This document shows, piece by piece, positions 1 to 9,947 of a stretch of DNA of 64,000 nt (position 1 is the first letter of the stretch; every line of letters starts with the position of its first letter). The stretch lies in assembly GCA_029862125.1 (NCBI GenBank), contig JAOTXY010000010.1:41-64040 (forward strand), given 5' to 3'. The notes under the pieces were generated by a model. The model was given only the letters and a program-made list of their open reading frames with translations, was not told the origin of the DNA and did not search any database. The translations under genes and the position numbers were made by a program. Source of the DNA: Gammaproteobacteria bacterium. GTDB taxonomy: Bacteria > Pseudomonadota > Gammaproteobacteria > GCA-001735895.

Positions 1-275
1 CAGCCGCCGACGTCAGTCGACAGCTTGAGACGCAGGTCGAAACCAGTATCGCGCGCAGGATCATCAGTGAAATCCTGCAGCAGGCTATCATCCGGGATGT
101 TTACCACGGTGGCCTGTGGCTTGAAATGACCGCGCAGCTCCAGCGCATGTGCCTGCTCAAAGTGCAGAGCCATGATTAACAGTGCTATTCCCGCGTAAGC
201 GGCGGTCTGAGGTATCGGAATGACAAGGCGAAGGCAGCAGGATTTGCTCCTAGTGTTCGAATTATTGCGCTTCAT
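1..275 (-). CDS. Partial ORF running off the left edge; probable exported/outer-membrane partner of the Lol-like ABC cassette
   Basis: Not in the ORF track. Manual translation from the ATG at 275 is open to position 1 (MKRNNSNT...AAYAGIALLIMALHFEQAHA-LELRGHFKPQ...), with a hydrophobic segment ending in AHA; it overlaps the end of the ABC ATPase gene. Product is inference. Confidence 0.6.
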   Translation of the reverse strand, partial: MKRNNSNTRSKSCCLRLVIPIPQTAAYAGIALLIMALHFEQAHALELRGHFKPQATVVNIPDDSLLQDFTDDPARDTGFDLRLKLSTDVGG

Positions 276-945
276 CGCCGATAATCTTGCCATCGCGCAT
301 CTTGATCAGGCGCTTCGCATAACTCATGACGCGTTTGTCGTGGGTGGAGATGATGAAGGTGATGCGGTGGTTTTCGTTCAATTCCTGAAACAAACCCATC
401 AGGTGCGCGGCGGAAACACTGTCGAGATTGGCGGTCGGTTCGTCGGCGAGCACCAGGTCGGGATGCGAGACAATCGCTCGCGCTACCGCTACGCGCTGCT
501 GCTGGCCGCCCGACAGTTGCGCCGGTCGCCGGTCTTCCATACCCTCGAGGCCGACCTCCTTGAGAATATCGAGTGCTTTTCGCGCTCGTTCTGCCACCGG
601 CACACCCTGAACCTCCATGACAAATTCTACGTTTTCCTGCGCCGACAACACCGGGATCAGGTTATAGGCCTGGAATACGAACCCGATGTGGTGCAGGCGC
701 ATGTCGGCTAACGGCCCGCGTTCGAGTTTATCGACCCGTATATCGCCCATGTGAATCTCGCCGCTGTCGGGCGTATCGAGCCCGCCAATCGCGTTCAGCA
801 GCGTGGTTTTGCCCGATCCCGAGGGCCCGGACAGGCAGACGAATTCACCCGTCTCGATGTCGAGGTCGATGTGATCTAGACCGGTAATGATCTCATCGCC
901 CTGTTTAAAGGTTTTACACAGTTGGCGGCAGCGGATGGCACTCAT
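262..945 (-). CDS. ABC transporter ATP-binding protein, LolD/MacB-like
   Basis: Walker [10 protein letters not shown], signature [14 protein letters not shown], Walker [14 protein letters not shown]-loop STHD. Start placed at MSAIRC (945), just after the permease stop. Confidence 0.93.
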   Translation of the reverse strand: MSAIRCRQLCKTFKQGDEIITGLDHIDLDIETGEFVCLSGPSGSGKTTLLNAIGGLDTPDSGEIHMGDIRVDKLERGPLADMRLHHIGFVFQAYNLIPVLSAQENVEFVMEVQGVPVAERARKALDILKEVGLEGMEDRRPAQLSGGQQQRVAVARAIVSHPDLVLADEPTANLDSVSAAHLMGLFQELNENHRITFIISTHDKRVMSYAKRLIKMRDGKIIGDEAQ

Positions 946-955
946 GGAATTCGAC

Positions 956-2218
956 TCAGTGGGTGTTGAGCGCGCGTACCGGATCGAGCTGGGACGCACG
1001 CCAGGCGGGAAGAATGCTGGTCAGGATGCCGAGCAGGACGACGACAACGTTGGCCAGCAACACATCGTAAAGGGTCAGGCTGGGATAGATAACGCTGCCG
1101 ACACCCATCATCGCCATTCCCTCGGCGACGGCGGATAGGTCGAGTCCGCTCTCCAGCGGTTTGATCGTGACCAGCGCCAGCAGGTTGCCAAGCGCCAGGC
1201 CGATCAGCAGCAATAGCAGCGATTCGAGCAGGATCTGGTACAGGATCAGGCCCGGACGCATGCCAAGCGCCTGGATTAGACCGATTTCACGTACCCGCTC
1301 GAAGATGGCCATAACCAGCGTGTTAACCAGCCCGAAGGACAACGCGAGAAATATGATAATCACCCATACCAGGACAAAGCCGTCCATCAGGTTGAACATA
1401 GCCGCAAGATAGGTATCGATTTCGTACCAGGGTTTTACCTCGAGCCCGTCAGGTGTGGCTGCCTCGACTCTCCGATAGAGGGACTCGACGTCGCGATAGT
1501 CGTGGTCGACGAGCACGATCTGTGAAACCAGGCCTTCTATTTTCAACAGCTTTTGCAAAGTAGCACGCGCGGCAAAAACGTTAAATTCCTCCTGCGCGGC
1601 CAGCTCCGCCTGGTAGATGCCGACGATGCGGAATCCCCGTTCGGCGATATTATTGTCCGGATCCTGGCTCATAATGACAACACGTTTACCAAGCCGGGTT
1701 TCGAGTCGCTCGGCGAGTTTGGCGCCGATGATTACGCCCTTGTCCTGGTTCGATTCGAGGAATCGGCCAGCGGAAATCTGCGCCGGCAGTCCGGTGATAT
1801 CGGCTTCAGCCGCCGGCTCGATACCGATCAGATTGATGCCCCGGCTTTCGCGTTCGCTGGCGATGACCGCAGGCACCCGGATTCGGTTGGCCCAGCTACG
1901 GGTGCCGTTTTGCGTCAGTGCCGTTAGCAGTTCGCCTCCGGGTTCGCCGATACTGTTGACCACGCTCGGGTCGTCGAGAAAATCGGGATGCTGAATCTGG
2001 ATATGCCCGGGCAGGTTGCGAATGCCCTGGTTGAGCATGTCGTCGACCATGCCGCGCATCAGCGAGGTCATGAAAATCATCGCCCAGACCCCGACCGAGA
2101 TCGCGCCCAGCATGATCGCGGTGCGACGGTGATTGCGCCACAGGTTACGCCATGACAGCGTCAGGATGATTTTGAAATGACTACCGAGACCCGTCAACTC
2201 AGACCGCCCGCATCGCAT
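956..2218 (-). CDS. FtsX/LolC-like ABC permease
   Basis: LSWRNLWRNHRRT N-terminus, periplasmic loop, ERVREIGLIQALG motif, C-terminal PAWRASQLDPVRAL; true start may lie a few codons inside. Confidence 0.9.
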   Translation of the reverse strand: MRCGRSELTGLGSHFKIILTLSWRNLWRNHRRTAIMLGAISVGVWAMIFMTSLMRGMVDDMLNQGIRNLPGHIQIQHPDFLDDPSVVNSIGEPGGELLTALTQNGTRSWANRIRVPAVIASERESRGINLIGIEPAAEADITGLPAQISAGRFLESNQDKGVIIGAKLAERLETRLGKRVVIMSQDPDNNIAERGFRIVGIYQAELAAQEEFNVFAARATLQKLLKIEGLVSQIVLVDHDYRDVESLYRRVEAATPDGLEVKPWYEIDTYLAAMFNLMDGFVLVWVIIIFLALSFGLVNTLVMAIFERVREIGLIQALGMRPGLILYQILLESLLLLLIGLALGNLLALVTIKPLESGLDLSAVAEGMAMMGVGSVIYPSLTLYDVLLANVVVVLLGILTSILPAWRASQLDPVRALNTH

Positions 2219-3431
2219 CGATCGGCGTCAGCAGATATAGGCGCAGAGCCGGGTAGAGGGCTGCCAGCAGGCTGCCGATGGCGACCGCGGCAGGACCCAG
2301 CGTCATCGACAGGATGGTAAACGACGGATAGATACGCTCTGGCAGGTTAAATTTGAGCGCGACTTCGTCCATGCCAGGGTAGGAGAAACCGACACGGGCC
2401 ATGTAGAGATTAATCACCAGGCCGACGCCGATACCGAGTACCAGTCCCAGCGCGGTCATCAACCCGGTTTCTAGCATGACCAGTCGCGACAGCCGCGCCG
2501 GTTGCAGCCCCAGCGCCATCATGGTGCCGAACTCGCGGGTGCGTTCGAGCACCGACATCAGCTGCGTATTGAGCACGCTGAAGGCCACTAGCACGATCAA
2601 CACGATGTACATGAACGAATTACTGGCCATATCCGCCTGGATCGATTGGCGCAGGCCCGGCTGCAATTCATCCCAGTGACGCAGGCTCAGACTTTTGTCG
2701 GTATCCAGCAATTCACCGATTTGCCACTGCAGCGATTCGACGTCGTCGACATGCTGTGCGCGCACGGTCAGGCTGTGCCCGCGACCCTGCATTGCAAACA
2801 CGTCCTGGAAATAAGCGAGATCGACCTGCGCCAGCGCACGATCCAGGTCGGCGATGCCTGATTCGAATATGCCGACCACCGTGACGATGCCGGCGGCAAA
2901 AGAATCGTCGAAACCGCTGCCGATAAAAGTCAGTTCATCGCCTAGCCCAACCTTGAGATTGCGCGCCAGCACCGCACCGATGACAATTTCCCCGGGCATA
3001 CCGGGTTCGAGGTACCGGCCCTGCTTTACCAGCCCCGGCAACGTCGACACTAATGGCTCGTGCGCGGGATCGACGCCGATAATCTGCAGCCCGTAGGAAC
3101 GCTCGTTGCTCGACGCCAGGGCGAATCCGTCGGCGCGGGCGCTGATGCTGTCCAGGTCGAGTTCGCGCCGCAGGCGTTCGGCCAGTTCGGTGACATCGTC
3201 CAATGCGTAGCGCATTTTCGGTTCGTCGAGATAGCGGGGATGTTGCAGCTGCAGGTGCCCAGAATAAGCCTGCAGCGAATTGTCGATCATCATGTCGTAA
3301 CTGCCGAACTGCAACGACATCGCGAATATCAGCAGACCATTGGAAAAAATCATCGCGCCAACAGTAAGCCATGTGCGGCGCCAGTGGCGCCACAGGTTGC
3401 GCCACGCCATCCTTAGCGTCACATCCTTCAT
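2199..3431 (-). CDS. FtsX/LolE-like ABC permease
   Basis: MAWRNLWRHWRRT, ERTREFGTMMALG, C-terminal PALRLYLLTPIDAMR; paralog of the adjacent permease. Confidence 0.9.
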   Translation of the reverse strand: MKDVTLRMAWRNLWRHWRRTWLTVGAMIFSNGLLIFAMSLQFGSYDMMIDNSLQAYSGHLQLQHPRYLDEPKMRYALDDVTELAERLRRELDLDSISARADGFALASSNERSYGLQIIGVDPAHEPLVSTLPGLVKQGRYLEPGMPGEIVIGAVLARNLKVGLGDELTFIGSGFDDSFAAGIVTVVGIFESGIADLDRALAQVDLAYFQDVFAMQGRGHSLTVRAQHVDDVESLQWQIGELLDTDKSLSLRHWDELQPGLRQSIQADMASNSFMYIVLIVLVAFSVLNTQLMSVLERTREFGTMMALGLQPARLSRLVMLETGLMTALGLVLGIGVGLVINLYMARVGFSYPGMDEVALKFNLPERIYPSFTILSMTLGPAAVAIGSLLAALYPALRLYLLTPIDAMRAV

Positions 3432-4222
3432 TGCCGTGGATTCCGCAAGTTGGACAGGGTAAATAAATTGGCGTCCAACTCGATGTCGAAATCGATGTCA
3501 TCGACAATCATCTCGGTCCATTCGTCTGGTGTTTCGAGTTTGTACATGCGCATGCGTGATGCAATGGTACGGTCGTCCATGATTGTGATCTCGGTCGCCT
3601 CCATTTCCTTGACCAGGATGTCATCCTGGTCCCAGAATTCCTGGCGCAACAAGATGAAGTCGTCGCGGATGGAGACGATTTCCTTACCCCAGACTACCGC
3701 GGCCTCCTCGTGCGGGATCGATTCGATGGTATAGACAACATGATCGCCCAGGTCTTCGCTTTTGAGCAGGCGATGGTCGTATTGATCGATGATATCGGTC
3801 GATTTGCTGATGTCCTTGTTGGAAAAATCGCTGCCCATCCAGCTCTGGTTCATCATCGAGGACGGTACCTTGAGGATGCGATTAATTTTCGGTGAAAAAG
3901 TCCACATACTCTGATCCTTGACCAGGGTACCGTTGCCAGCGTCGCGCTTTGGTTCGGTAACCCGCACCAGCGACAGCTTGTCGCCCTCGGTCCAGGCCTG
4001 CATCGAAAAGCTGCGTTCCCAGTCACTGCGGTGGATCGTCATCGTCATCTCGGAATAGGAAGTCACGCCGCGCCAGTGTTCCATCGCCGCACGAATCAGT
4101 TCACGCGGGCCCGGGGCCGGCACTTCGGTTGCCAATGTGGAAGACGAGACGGCCAGTAAACCGAGCAATAGCAGGCTGCAAAAAAGAACTTTAGTGTTCT
4201 GTTTAAATATTTTTGTTGCCAT
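3428..4222 (-). CDS. Outer-membrane lipoprotein-sorting (LolA-like) periplasmic protein
   Basis: Signal peptide; SWMGSDFSNKD motif and C-terminal LFTLSNLRNPR typical of LolA-like proteins that precede FtsX/LolD cassettes; 4-nt overlap with the permease. Confidence 0.85.
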   Translation of the reverse strand: MATKIFKQNTKVLFCSLLLLGLLAVSSSTLATEVPAPGPRELIRAAMEHWRGVTSYSEMTMTIHRSDWERSFSMQAWTEGDKLSLVRVTEPKRDAGNGTLVKDQSMWTFSPKINRILKVPSSMMNQSWMGSDFSNKDISKSTDIIDQYDHRLLKSEDLGDHVVYTIESIPHEEAAVVWGKEIVSIRDDFILLRQEFWDQDDILVKEMEATEITIMDDRTIASRMRMYKLETPDEWTEMIVDDIDFDIELDANLFTLSNLRNPRQ

Positions 4223-4458
4223 TCCGGGCGACCTCTCCTTTACCCAGGTTACAATTGTTGGGTGTTATATCGCGCAATACTATCAGCCTAACAGGCTTAT
4301 ATTTACCGTTCCTTAACAGGGCCATAGCTGCGTCTAGTACTATGCGTGGTTTTAGCGCACTGTCCTTGAGCCAGATCAATCCATTTTCGCTAAGCTTTGC
4401 TAGATTTTCGGGCCGACGGGAGTATATTGGTGCCAAAATAGCCGAGGATCACACCACC

Positions 4459-4782
4459 ATGAACAATGAAGTCAAAGATAACCTGAAAAGCCAGTCCACC
4501 TGGAAACGCGGTTTATACATGCTGCTGTACATCATCTTTTCCAGGCTCGCCGAGATCGTACTGGGCTTCGTCGTCCTGTTTCAGTTTTTACTCAAACTGT
4601 TCACCGGCGAGACCAACGAGCGACTGCTTAAACTTGGACAGGGGCTGAGCACATATGTCTATCAAACCTTCCAGTTCCTGACTTTTAATTCTGAATACCA
4701 TCCCTACCCGTTTGGCGCCTGGCCGAAAGGTGAACCCAAGCCAGCAAAAATATCCGATCAAAGCGAAGCCGCGGATGGTTAA
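4459..4782 (+). CDS. DUF4389-like small membrane protein
   Basis: TWKRGLYMLL...QFLLKLFTGETNERLLKLGQGLSTY...FLTFNSEYHPYPF; start at the internal ATG 4459 after GAGG. Confidence 0.8.
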   Translation: MNNEVKDNLKSQSTWKRGLYMLLYIIFSRLAEIVLGFVVLFQFLLKLFTGETNERLLKLGQGLSTYVYQTFQFLTFNSEYHPYPFGAWPKGEPKPAKISDQSEAADG

Positions 4783-4788
4783 CCGTTC

Positions 4789-5910
4789 ATGAAGGGTCTG
4801 AGAAATTTTGCCAGAATCCTTATTTTGTTCCCGGCCCTCGCTGTATCCTGTGCCTCATTTGCTGACTCAGATGCTGGGGAAACGGTAACCAAGCGCGGCA
4901 ACATCGACGACGATTATTACTCGGCTGGCGGCGTTGTCGATATCGATGCCGTGGTCGCGGGTGACGTCATCGTTGCGGGCGGCGAACTTTATATCGGCCA
5001 TCTGATCGAAGGCGATGTCATCGCCGCCGGCGGTACCCTCAAAATTCGAGGCGAGATAAAGGACGATATTCGTGCTAGCGGCGGGGATCTCAACATCGAT
5101 GCCATTATCGGCGACGATCTCGCTGCGGCCGGCGGTTCGATAACCCTGTCACCGGGAGTAACTGTCGGCGGTGATGCCTGGCTGGCCGGTGGTGAAGTCC
5201 ACATCGCTGGCACAATTCTCGGCAACCTGAAAGTAACCGGCGGCGATATTCGTCTATCCGGGACGGTTCATGGTGACGTCGAGCTAGAAGGTGGGGAAAT
5301 TCAAATCCTCGATAGTGCACGGATCGACGGGGAGCTGACCTACAAAAGCCCGCGCCAGGCGACGACCGGTGCGGATGCGGTAATTTCCGGGGGAATCACC
5401 CACCAACCGGTGGACTGGGATTACGCCGACCGTGGCTATGGACTGGTTTTCTCGATCACCCTGATGGTAGCCGCTGTCCTGTTCTACCTGTTTTTCCCGC
5501 ACTACACGCTAGTGTCGGTTAAGCGTATAGGTTCCGATCCGTGGAGCAGCCTGGGACTGGGATTCATTTTCGTCGTGGCTACGCCATTGGTTGCCTTTAT
5601 CCTGATGCTGATTGTGCTCGGTTTGTGGGTTGGTCTGAGTATGCTGGCGCTTTACTGTGTGGCCCTGTTATCGGGATTCCTGATCGCCTGTTTCTTTGTC
5701 GCTGAACGGGGCGCGAGGCTTATCAAGCAGGATATCTCCTCGCGGGGACGCCGCCTGATTTCGGTCATCGTGGTAATTTTTGTACTCGGGTTAATCCAGA
5801 TGATTCCGTTCCTCGGTGGCCTGATCCTGTTTCTGTTGCTGCTGCTTGGTCTTGGTGCCGGATTGATACAGTTGCGTTACGTTTACCGGCCAGCTGAATC
5901 GGGATCATAA
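4789..5910 (+). CDS. Exported beta-helix/bactofilin-like repeat protein with C-terminal TM helices
   Basis: Signal peptide, about ten ~15-aa GD(V/L)xxAGGxxxIxG repeats, then several hydrophobic helices. Confidence 0.75.
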   Translation: MKGLRNFARILILFPALAVSCASFADSDAGETVTKRGNIDDDYYSAGGVVDIDAVVAGDVIVAGGELYIGHLIEGDVIAAGGTLKIRGEIKDDIRASGGDLNIDAIIGDDLAAAGGSITLSPGVTVGGDAWLAGGEVHIAGTILGNLKVTGGDIRLSGTVHGDVELEGGEIQILDSARIDGELTYKSPRQATTGADAVISGGITHQPVDWDYADRGYGLVFSITLMVAAVLFYLFFPHYTLVSVKRIGSDPWSSLGLGFIFVVATPLVAFILMLIVLGLWVGLSMLALYCVALLSGFLIACFFVAERGARLIKQDISSRGRRLISVIVVIFVLGLIQMIPFLGGLILFLLLLLGLGAGLIQLRYVYRPAESGS

Positions 5911-6749
5911 ATTTGCAGGCACTCGGGCTCGCGTCCGCGGACGACCCGTTTTCCTTTTAATTTGCCGTGCGTCTCGGTGACTACCGTATGTTGCCCTTCA
6001 CGGTGATGGTCGTCGTAAAAGTATATCACTACCCAATCGTGGACCCGGTTAAGATTGTGCGCCCGCGCCGTATTTGAATATAGCGCGGTGAAGTGCCAGT
6101 GATCGTAAGTGGTATGCAGGATCGGCAGCCAGGCCTTGTTTCGAGGATTGAAACGTCTCGGCGTAATCGCCGGCAAACTGCCAACCCTGGCCTTGGCACG
6201 GTACTCTTCGTCGACCTTTAGTATCAGTGTGACGTCAGGCATAACATCGTCTTGCCGCATTGGTTCGGGCCTGCGGCGCTGCTGATCGAGATGTTGCTGG
6301 AGCCAGCTCTCGATCGCTTCGCGACGCTTGGTGCCGAGGCCCTCGACCCTGGCGAGCTGACCACCGCGCACCGCGTTCTCAAGTGCTTCGAGACTTTCAA
6401 CATGCAAGGTGTCATGGATGCGTTCCGCCAGTGCCCTGCCAACCGTTGGAATCGAACGAAACAGGGCTACCGGATCGGCTGCACCCTTGAGATTCTCGAG
6501 GCGAGACATGCGACCGGTGGCAATGTACTCGTAGATTGAGCGCGCGATCCCCTCACCGATGCCGGGTAGAGCGATAAGGCCCTGTATGCCTTCTGCCTGC
6601 ATCAGTTCGGCAATGTTTTGCGGCATATTGTCCAGCGTATCGGCGGCGTGCAGGTAAGCGTTGCAGCGAAACGGGTTGGCATGCTGCGTATTAAGTAGTG
6701 CTGCTATTTCACGAAGTTTATTGGCCACTTCGTGGTTGAAGGCGTGCAT
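5883..6749 (-). CDS. Helix-hairpin-helix DNA-binding protein (PolX N-terminal-like domain plus uncharacterised C-terminal domain)
   Basis: NHEVANKLREIAALL...ANPFRCNAYLHAA, HhH motifs LPGIGEGIA, IPTVGRALA, VEGLGTKR; no polymerase palm or PHP domain; start placed at MHAFNH. Confidence 0.75.
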   Translation of the reverse strand: MHAFNHEVANKLREIAALLNTQHANPFRCNAYLHAADTLDNMPQNIAELMQAEGIQGLIALPGIGEGIARSIYEYIATGRMSRLENLKGAADPVALFRSIPTVGRALAERIHDTLHVESLEALENAVRGGQLARVEGLGTKRREAIESWLQQHLDQQRRRPEPMRQDDVMPDVTLILKVDEEYRAKARVGSLPAITPRRFNPRNKAWLPILHTTYDHWHFTALYSNTARAHNLNRVHDWVVIYFYDDHHREGQHTVVTETHGKLKGKRVVRGREPECLQIYDPDSAGR

Positions 6750-6970
6750 CGTGCATTCCGCTCTATGTGCCTTGTTAAGGCAAAAATTATAATGCGATGA
6801 CTCAAAAAAGGTTTGATCTGAATCATCCACATAGGCGATAACAGGCGCGTTGAATCAACCTGGTAATGCGATGAAATTATATTAATGTATGGAATTGTTC
6901 GTTTGCCGGCAGATGTGCCCGGTAAAAAGTGTGAAGCAGATGCGTTTGATTCAGATTTGATTCAGGTAAA

Positions 6971-8620
6971 ATGGCCTATGATTATCAATCCTCAGCTTTT
7001 GGGCTATGCGCGCTGATGGCAAACGACACGTCATTTGATCTCCATGGAATCCTCGGTAGATTGCAGAATCGTCGTGAGTTTCTGCAATTGTTCGGCAAGG
7101 GCCTGGGATATAGCGCCCTGGCTACGGTATTGCCGGCCTGTGGCGGGAGTAGCTCGGGTTCTTCCGACGAGCCGTTACCACCGCAAACAATTGTCATTCC
7201 GAAAGCCAGTCCCGAATACACCGCGCTTAAACGCACAAGCTTCGGTCCCCACCGGGACGAGTTGGCGTCGATAAAAACTCTCGGTATCACCAACTATCTA
7301 GAGCAACAACTCAATCCGGTCGATGAGCCAGCCCTTGAAGCCGAGATAGCAAGTAGTTTTCCGCTGACGTTGAAATCCCCGGCGGAATTGATCCAGGATT
7401 TTCCGGACAATATTTTCGACGTGGCAACTCAGATGATTGCGGCGACCCAGTATCGCCAGATGTTCAGCCAGCGCCAGCTATTTGAAATCATGGTCGAATT
7501 CTGGAGCGATCATTTCAACATCCACCTGGTCAACGGTCTCGGCCCGACACTGAAACCCGACGATGACCAGCAGGTAATTCGAGAGCATGCGTTGGGAAAC
7601 TTTCGCGACTTGCTGCATGCTTCGGCGAAGAGCTCGGCGATGTTGTTCTATCTGGATAACTTTATAAATCAGGCGGGTCCGGACGGTGCTAATGAAAACT
7701 ACGCGCGCGAATTGATGGAGTTGCATACGCTCGGCGTTGATGGCGGTTATACCGAGTTTGATGTTAAAGAGGTTGCACGTTGCTTTACTGGCTGGACATT
7801 GCGCTTTCCGGGAGATCCGGGCGGTAACTACGGTGAGTTCGTGTACGTCGATGCGATTCATGACAACCAGGCCAAGCTGGTGCTTGGCAATACGATTGCC
7901 ATGGGTGGCGGGCAAGCGGATGGAGAACAGGTACTCGATATTCTGTTTTCGCATCCTTCCACGGCGAACTTCATCGCCACCAAGCTTTGCCGCCGCTTTA
8001 TAAGTGATACCCCATCTCAGGCAGCAGTTGACGCGGTAGCCGCTGCGTTCACGAATTCAAATGGGGAAATCAAGGATACCTTGCGCGCACTATTTGCGAC
8101 TGCAGACTTCCTCGGTGATGCTGATCAGAAATTTACCCGTCCGAGTGAATACCTGGCAACCCTGGTAAGGTCACTGGCTCCTGATACCGGTTACCCACCT
8201 GATAAGGGCACGACCTGGTTTTATGCACAGAATACCCTCGGGCAGATACCGTTTTACTGGCCGACCCCCGATGGCTACCCGGACCAACAAAGTTACTGGG
8301 CGAGTACCGGTGGCTTGCTGAATCGCTGGCGCCTGTCTTTCCTCAGCTTTGCCGGCATTATTCCGGGTGTCGACGTAATCGACGTCGATTACACGACGAT
8401 GCTAAATGGGGCTAACACGCTTGAGACGGTGGTTGATACGATCACCGATGCCGTATTGATGCGTCCGCTATCGAGCGACGATCGCAGCACCATCGTGGAA
8501 TGGCTCAAAGGGGAACTAGGGGTAACAGAGCAAGAGCTGTTGCCAGCCACTGTACCTGAACAGGCATCTGCGCTGGTTGCGGCGGTGCTGGTCAGCTCGG
8601 TTTATTTTCACCTGCGCTAG
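6971..8620 (+). CDS. DUF1800 family protein with Tat-lipoprotein-like signal
   Basis: FWSDHFNI, AMLFYLDN, NENYARELMELHTLGV, GYTEFDVKEVARCFTGW motifs; N-terminal NRREFL...LPAC. Confidence 0.88.
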   Translation: MAYDYQSSAFGLCALMANDTSFDLHGILGRLQNRREFLQLFGKGLGYSALATVLPACGGSSSGSSDEPLPPQTIVIPKASPEYTALKRTSFGPHRDELASIKTLGITNYLEQQLNPVDEPALEAEIASSFPLTLKSPAELIQDFPDNIFDVATQMIAATQYRQMFSQRQLFEIMVEFWSDHFNIHLVNGLGPTLKPDDDQQVIREHALGNFRDLLHASAKSSAMLFYLDNFINQAGPDGANENYARELMELHTLGVDGGYTEFDVKEVARCFTGWTLRFPGDPGGNYGEFVYVDAIHDNQAKLVLGNTIAMGGGQADGEQVLDILFSHPSTANFIATKLCRRFISDTPSQAAVDAVAAAFTNSNGEIKDTLRALFATADFLGDADQKFTRPSEYLATLVRSLAPDTGYPPDKGTTWFYAQNTLGQIPFYWPTPDGYPDQQSYWASTGGLLNRWRLSFLSFAGIIPGVDVIDVDYTTMLNGANTLETVVDTITDAVLMRPLSSDDRSTIVEWLKGELGVTEQELLPATVPEQASALVAAVLVSSVYFHLR

Positions 8621-8629
8621 GAGTGCCCG

Positions 8630-9823
8630 TTGTTGACTGAAAACACGATAGCCGCCCATCCAGATATACCCGATGATAGGGATATCCTGGTTTGTATTTT
8701 TCAGCGCGGCGCGGCCGATGGCTTAAATGCGTTGGTGCCCTATTTTGATTCAGACTACTACGCTCATCGTACGTCGATCGCGGTGCCGGCACCGGACCCA
8801 TTGGACCCGCTTAATCTCAATAATGGTATACCGCTTACCAATTACTTTGACACGGTTCCGAATGGCTATGCGCTGCACCCGGCACTGCAGCTTATGGAAC
8901 AGGTTTACCTTGATGGTAATCTCGCGCTGGTGCACGCGACGGGGGTGCCGCACCAGATTCGTTCACATTTTTCTGCACAAAACCTGATCGAACGCGGGGT
9001 GATTGAAAAAACCGGTCCCAGTACCGGCTGGCTTGGTAGGCACCTGGCGTTTAGTTCACCGGCGACCGGTTCGGCGTTTCGCGCGATTTCGATCAGCGGT
9101 AACGTGCCAGTCGCGCTTGGCGGCGCGATAGAACCACTGGCGATCGATAACTTGAACGATTTCGGTTTTGATCAGGGTATCCTCGATTCGGGTTATCCGC
9201 AGGTGCTCACCGATTTGTTTCGCAACCCGATTCCCTTCTCCGGGCCTGCCGAGGCGGCACTCGCTGCAATGGATGAATTGCAGGCTGCAAACATTCCACC
9301 CGTCAATCAACCCTCCGACGCGGGTTATCCGAATACCGTGCTGGGCGGCAAACTGTTGCAGGCCGCACAACTGATTAAATCAAATATACCGGTTGAGGTT
9401 GTCTGCATTGATTCAGACGGTTGGGATCATCACCAGAATCTGCCGACCTATATCGGCCCGTCACTCACGGAACTAGCCGGTGCATTGCGTGCATTTTATG
9501 ACGACATGGGTCCTACCACCGGCATGCAACGCATCACGGTGCTGGTCTATACCGAGTTCGGGCGTCGAATCAAGCAAAACGGATCGCAAGGGACTGACCA
9601 TGGTACTGCAAGCTTGGCCTATTTGATGGGTGGTGGAGTCAATGGCGGCCAGGTCATTAGCGACTGGCCCGGGCTCGATATTGGTCAAAACGAGGATCTT
9701 CAAATTACCACCGATCTGCGGACGGTGATTACAGAAATGCTGGATAAGCGTCTCGGCGGCACCGATGTAGGAATCGTTTTTCCGGGATTTACAGTTCCCA
9801 CTTACGTAAACGCGTTTATATAA
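8630..9823 (+). CDS. DUF1501 family protein
   Basis: LVCIFQRGAADGLN, RSHFSAQ, GWDHH, TEFGRR, GTDHG motifs; TTG start after AGGAG that overlaps the upstream stop. Confidence 0.88.
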   Translation: MLTENTIAAHPDIPDDRDILVCIFQRGAADGLNALVPYFDSDYYAHRTSIAVPAPDPLDPLNLNNGIPLTNYFDTVPNGYALHPALQLMEQVYLDGNLALVHATGVPHQIRSHFSAQNLIERGVIEKTGPSTGWLGRHLAFSSPATGSAFRAISISGNVPVALGGAIEPLAIDNLNDFGFDQGILDSGYPQVLTDLFRNPIPFSGPAEAALAAMDELQAANIPPVNQPSDAGYPNTVLGGKLLQAAQLIKSNIPVEVVCIDSDGWDHHQNLPTYIGPSLTELAGALRAFYDDMGPTTGMQRITVLVYTEFGRRIKQNGSQGTDHGTASLAYLMGGGVNGGQVISDWPGLDIGQNEDLQITTDLRTVITEMLDKRLGGTDVGIVFPGFTVPTYVNAFI

Positions 9824-9947
9824 GCCTGTTTTTAAGCTGGCCAATAGTCTTTATTAAACCTTGATTGCAGGCGGGTGTTTGCCTTGTGAATCACTACCGG
9901 CATGGCTATGATGCCTGGTCTAAGAAATTGAAAATACGAGGTTTGTC

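Noticed and set aside
5883..6830. Functional DNA polymerase X
   Set aside because: No catalytic palm motif or PHP domain, and the protein is too short.
8618..8632. Stop-codon readthrough fusing DUF1800 and DUF1501 (same frame, single TAG)
   Set aside because: AGGAG overlapping the stop sits 6 nt before a TTG start and the DUF1800 C-terminus looks complete; translational coupling is simpler.
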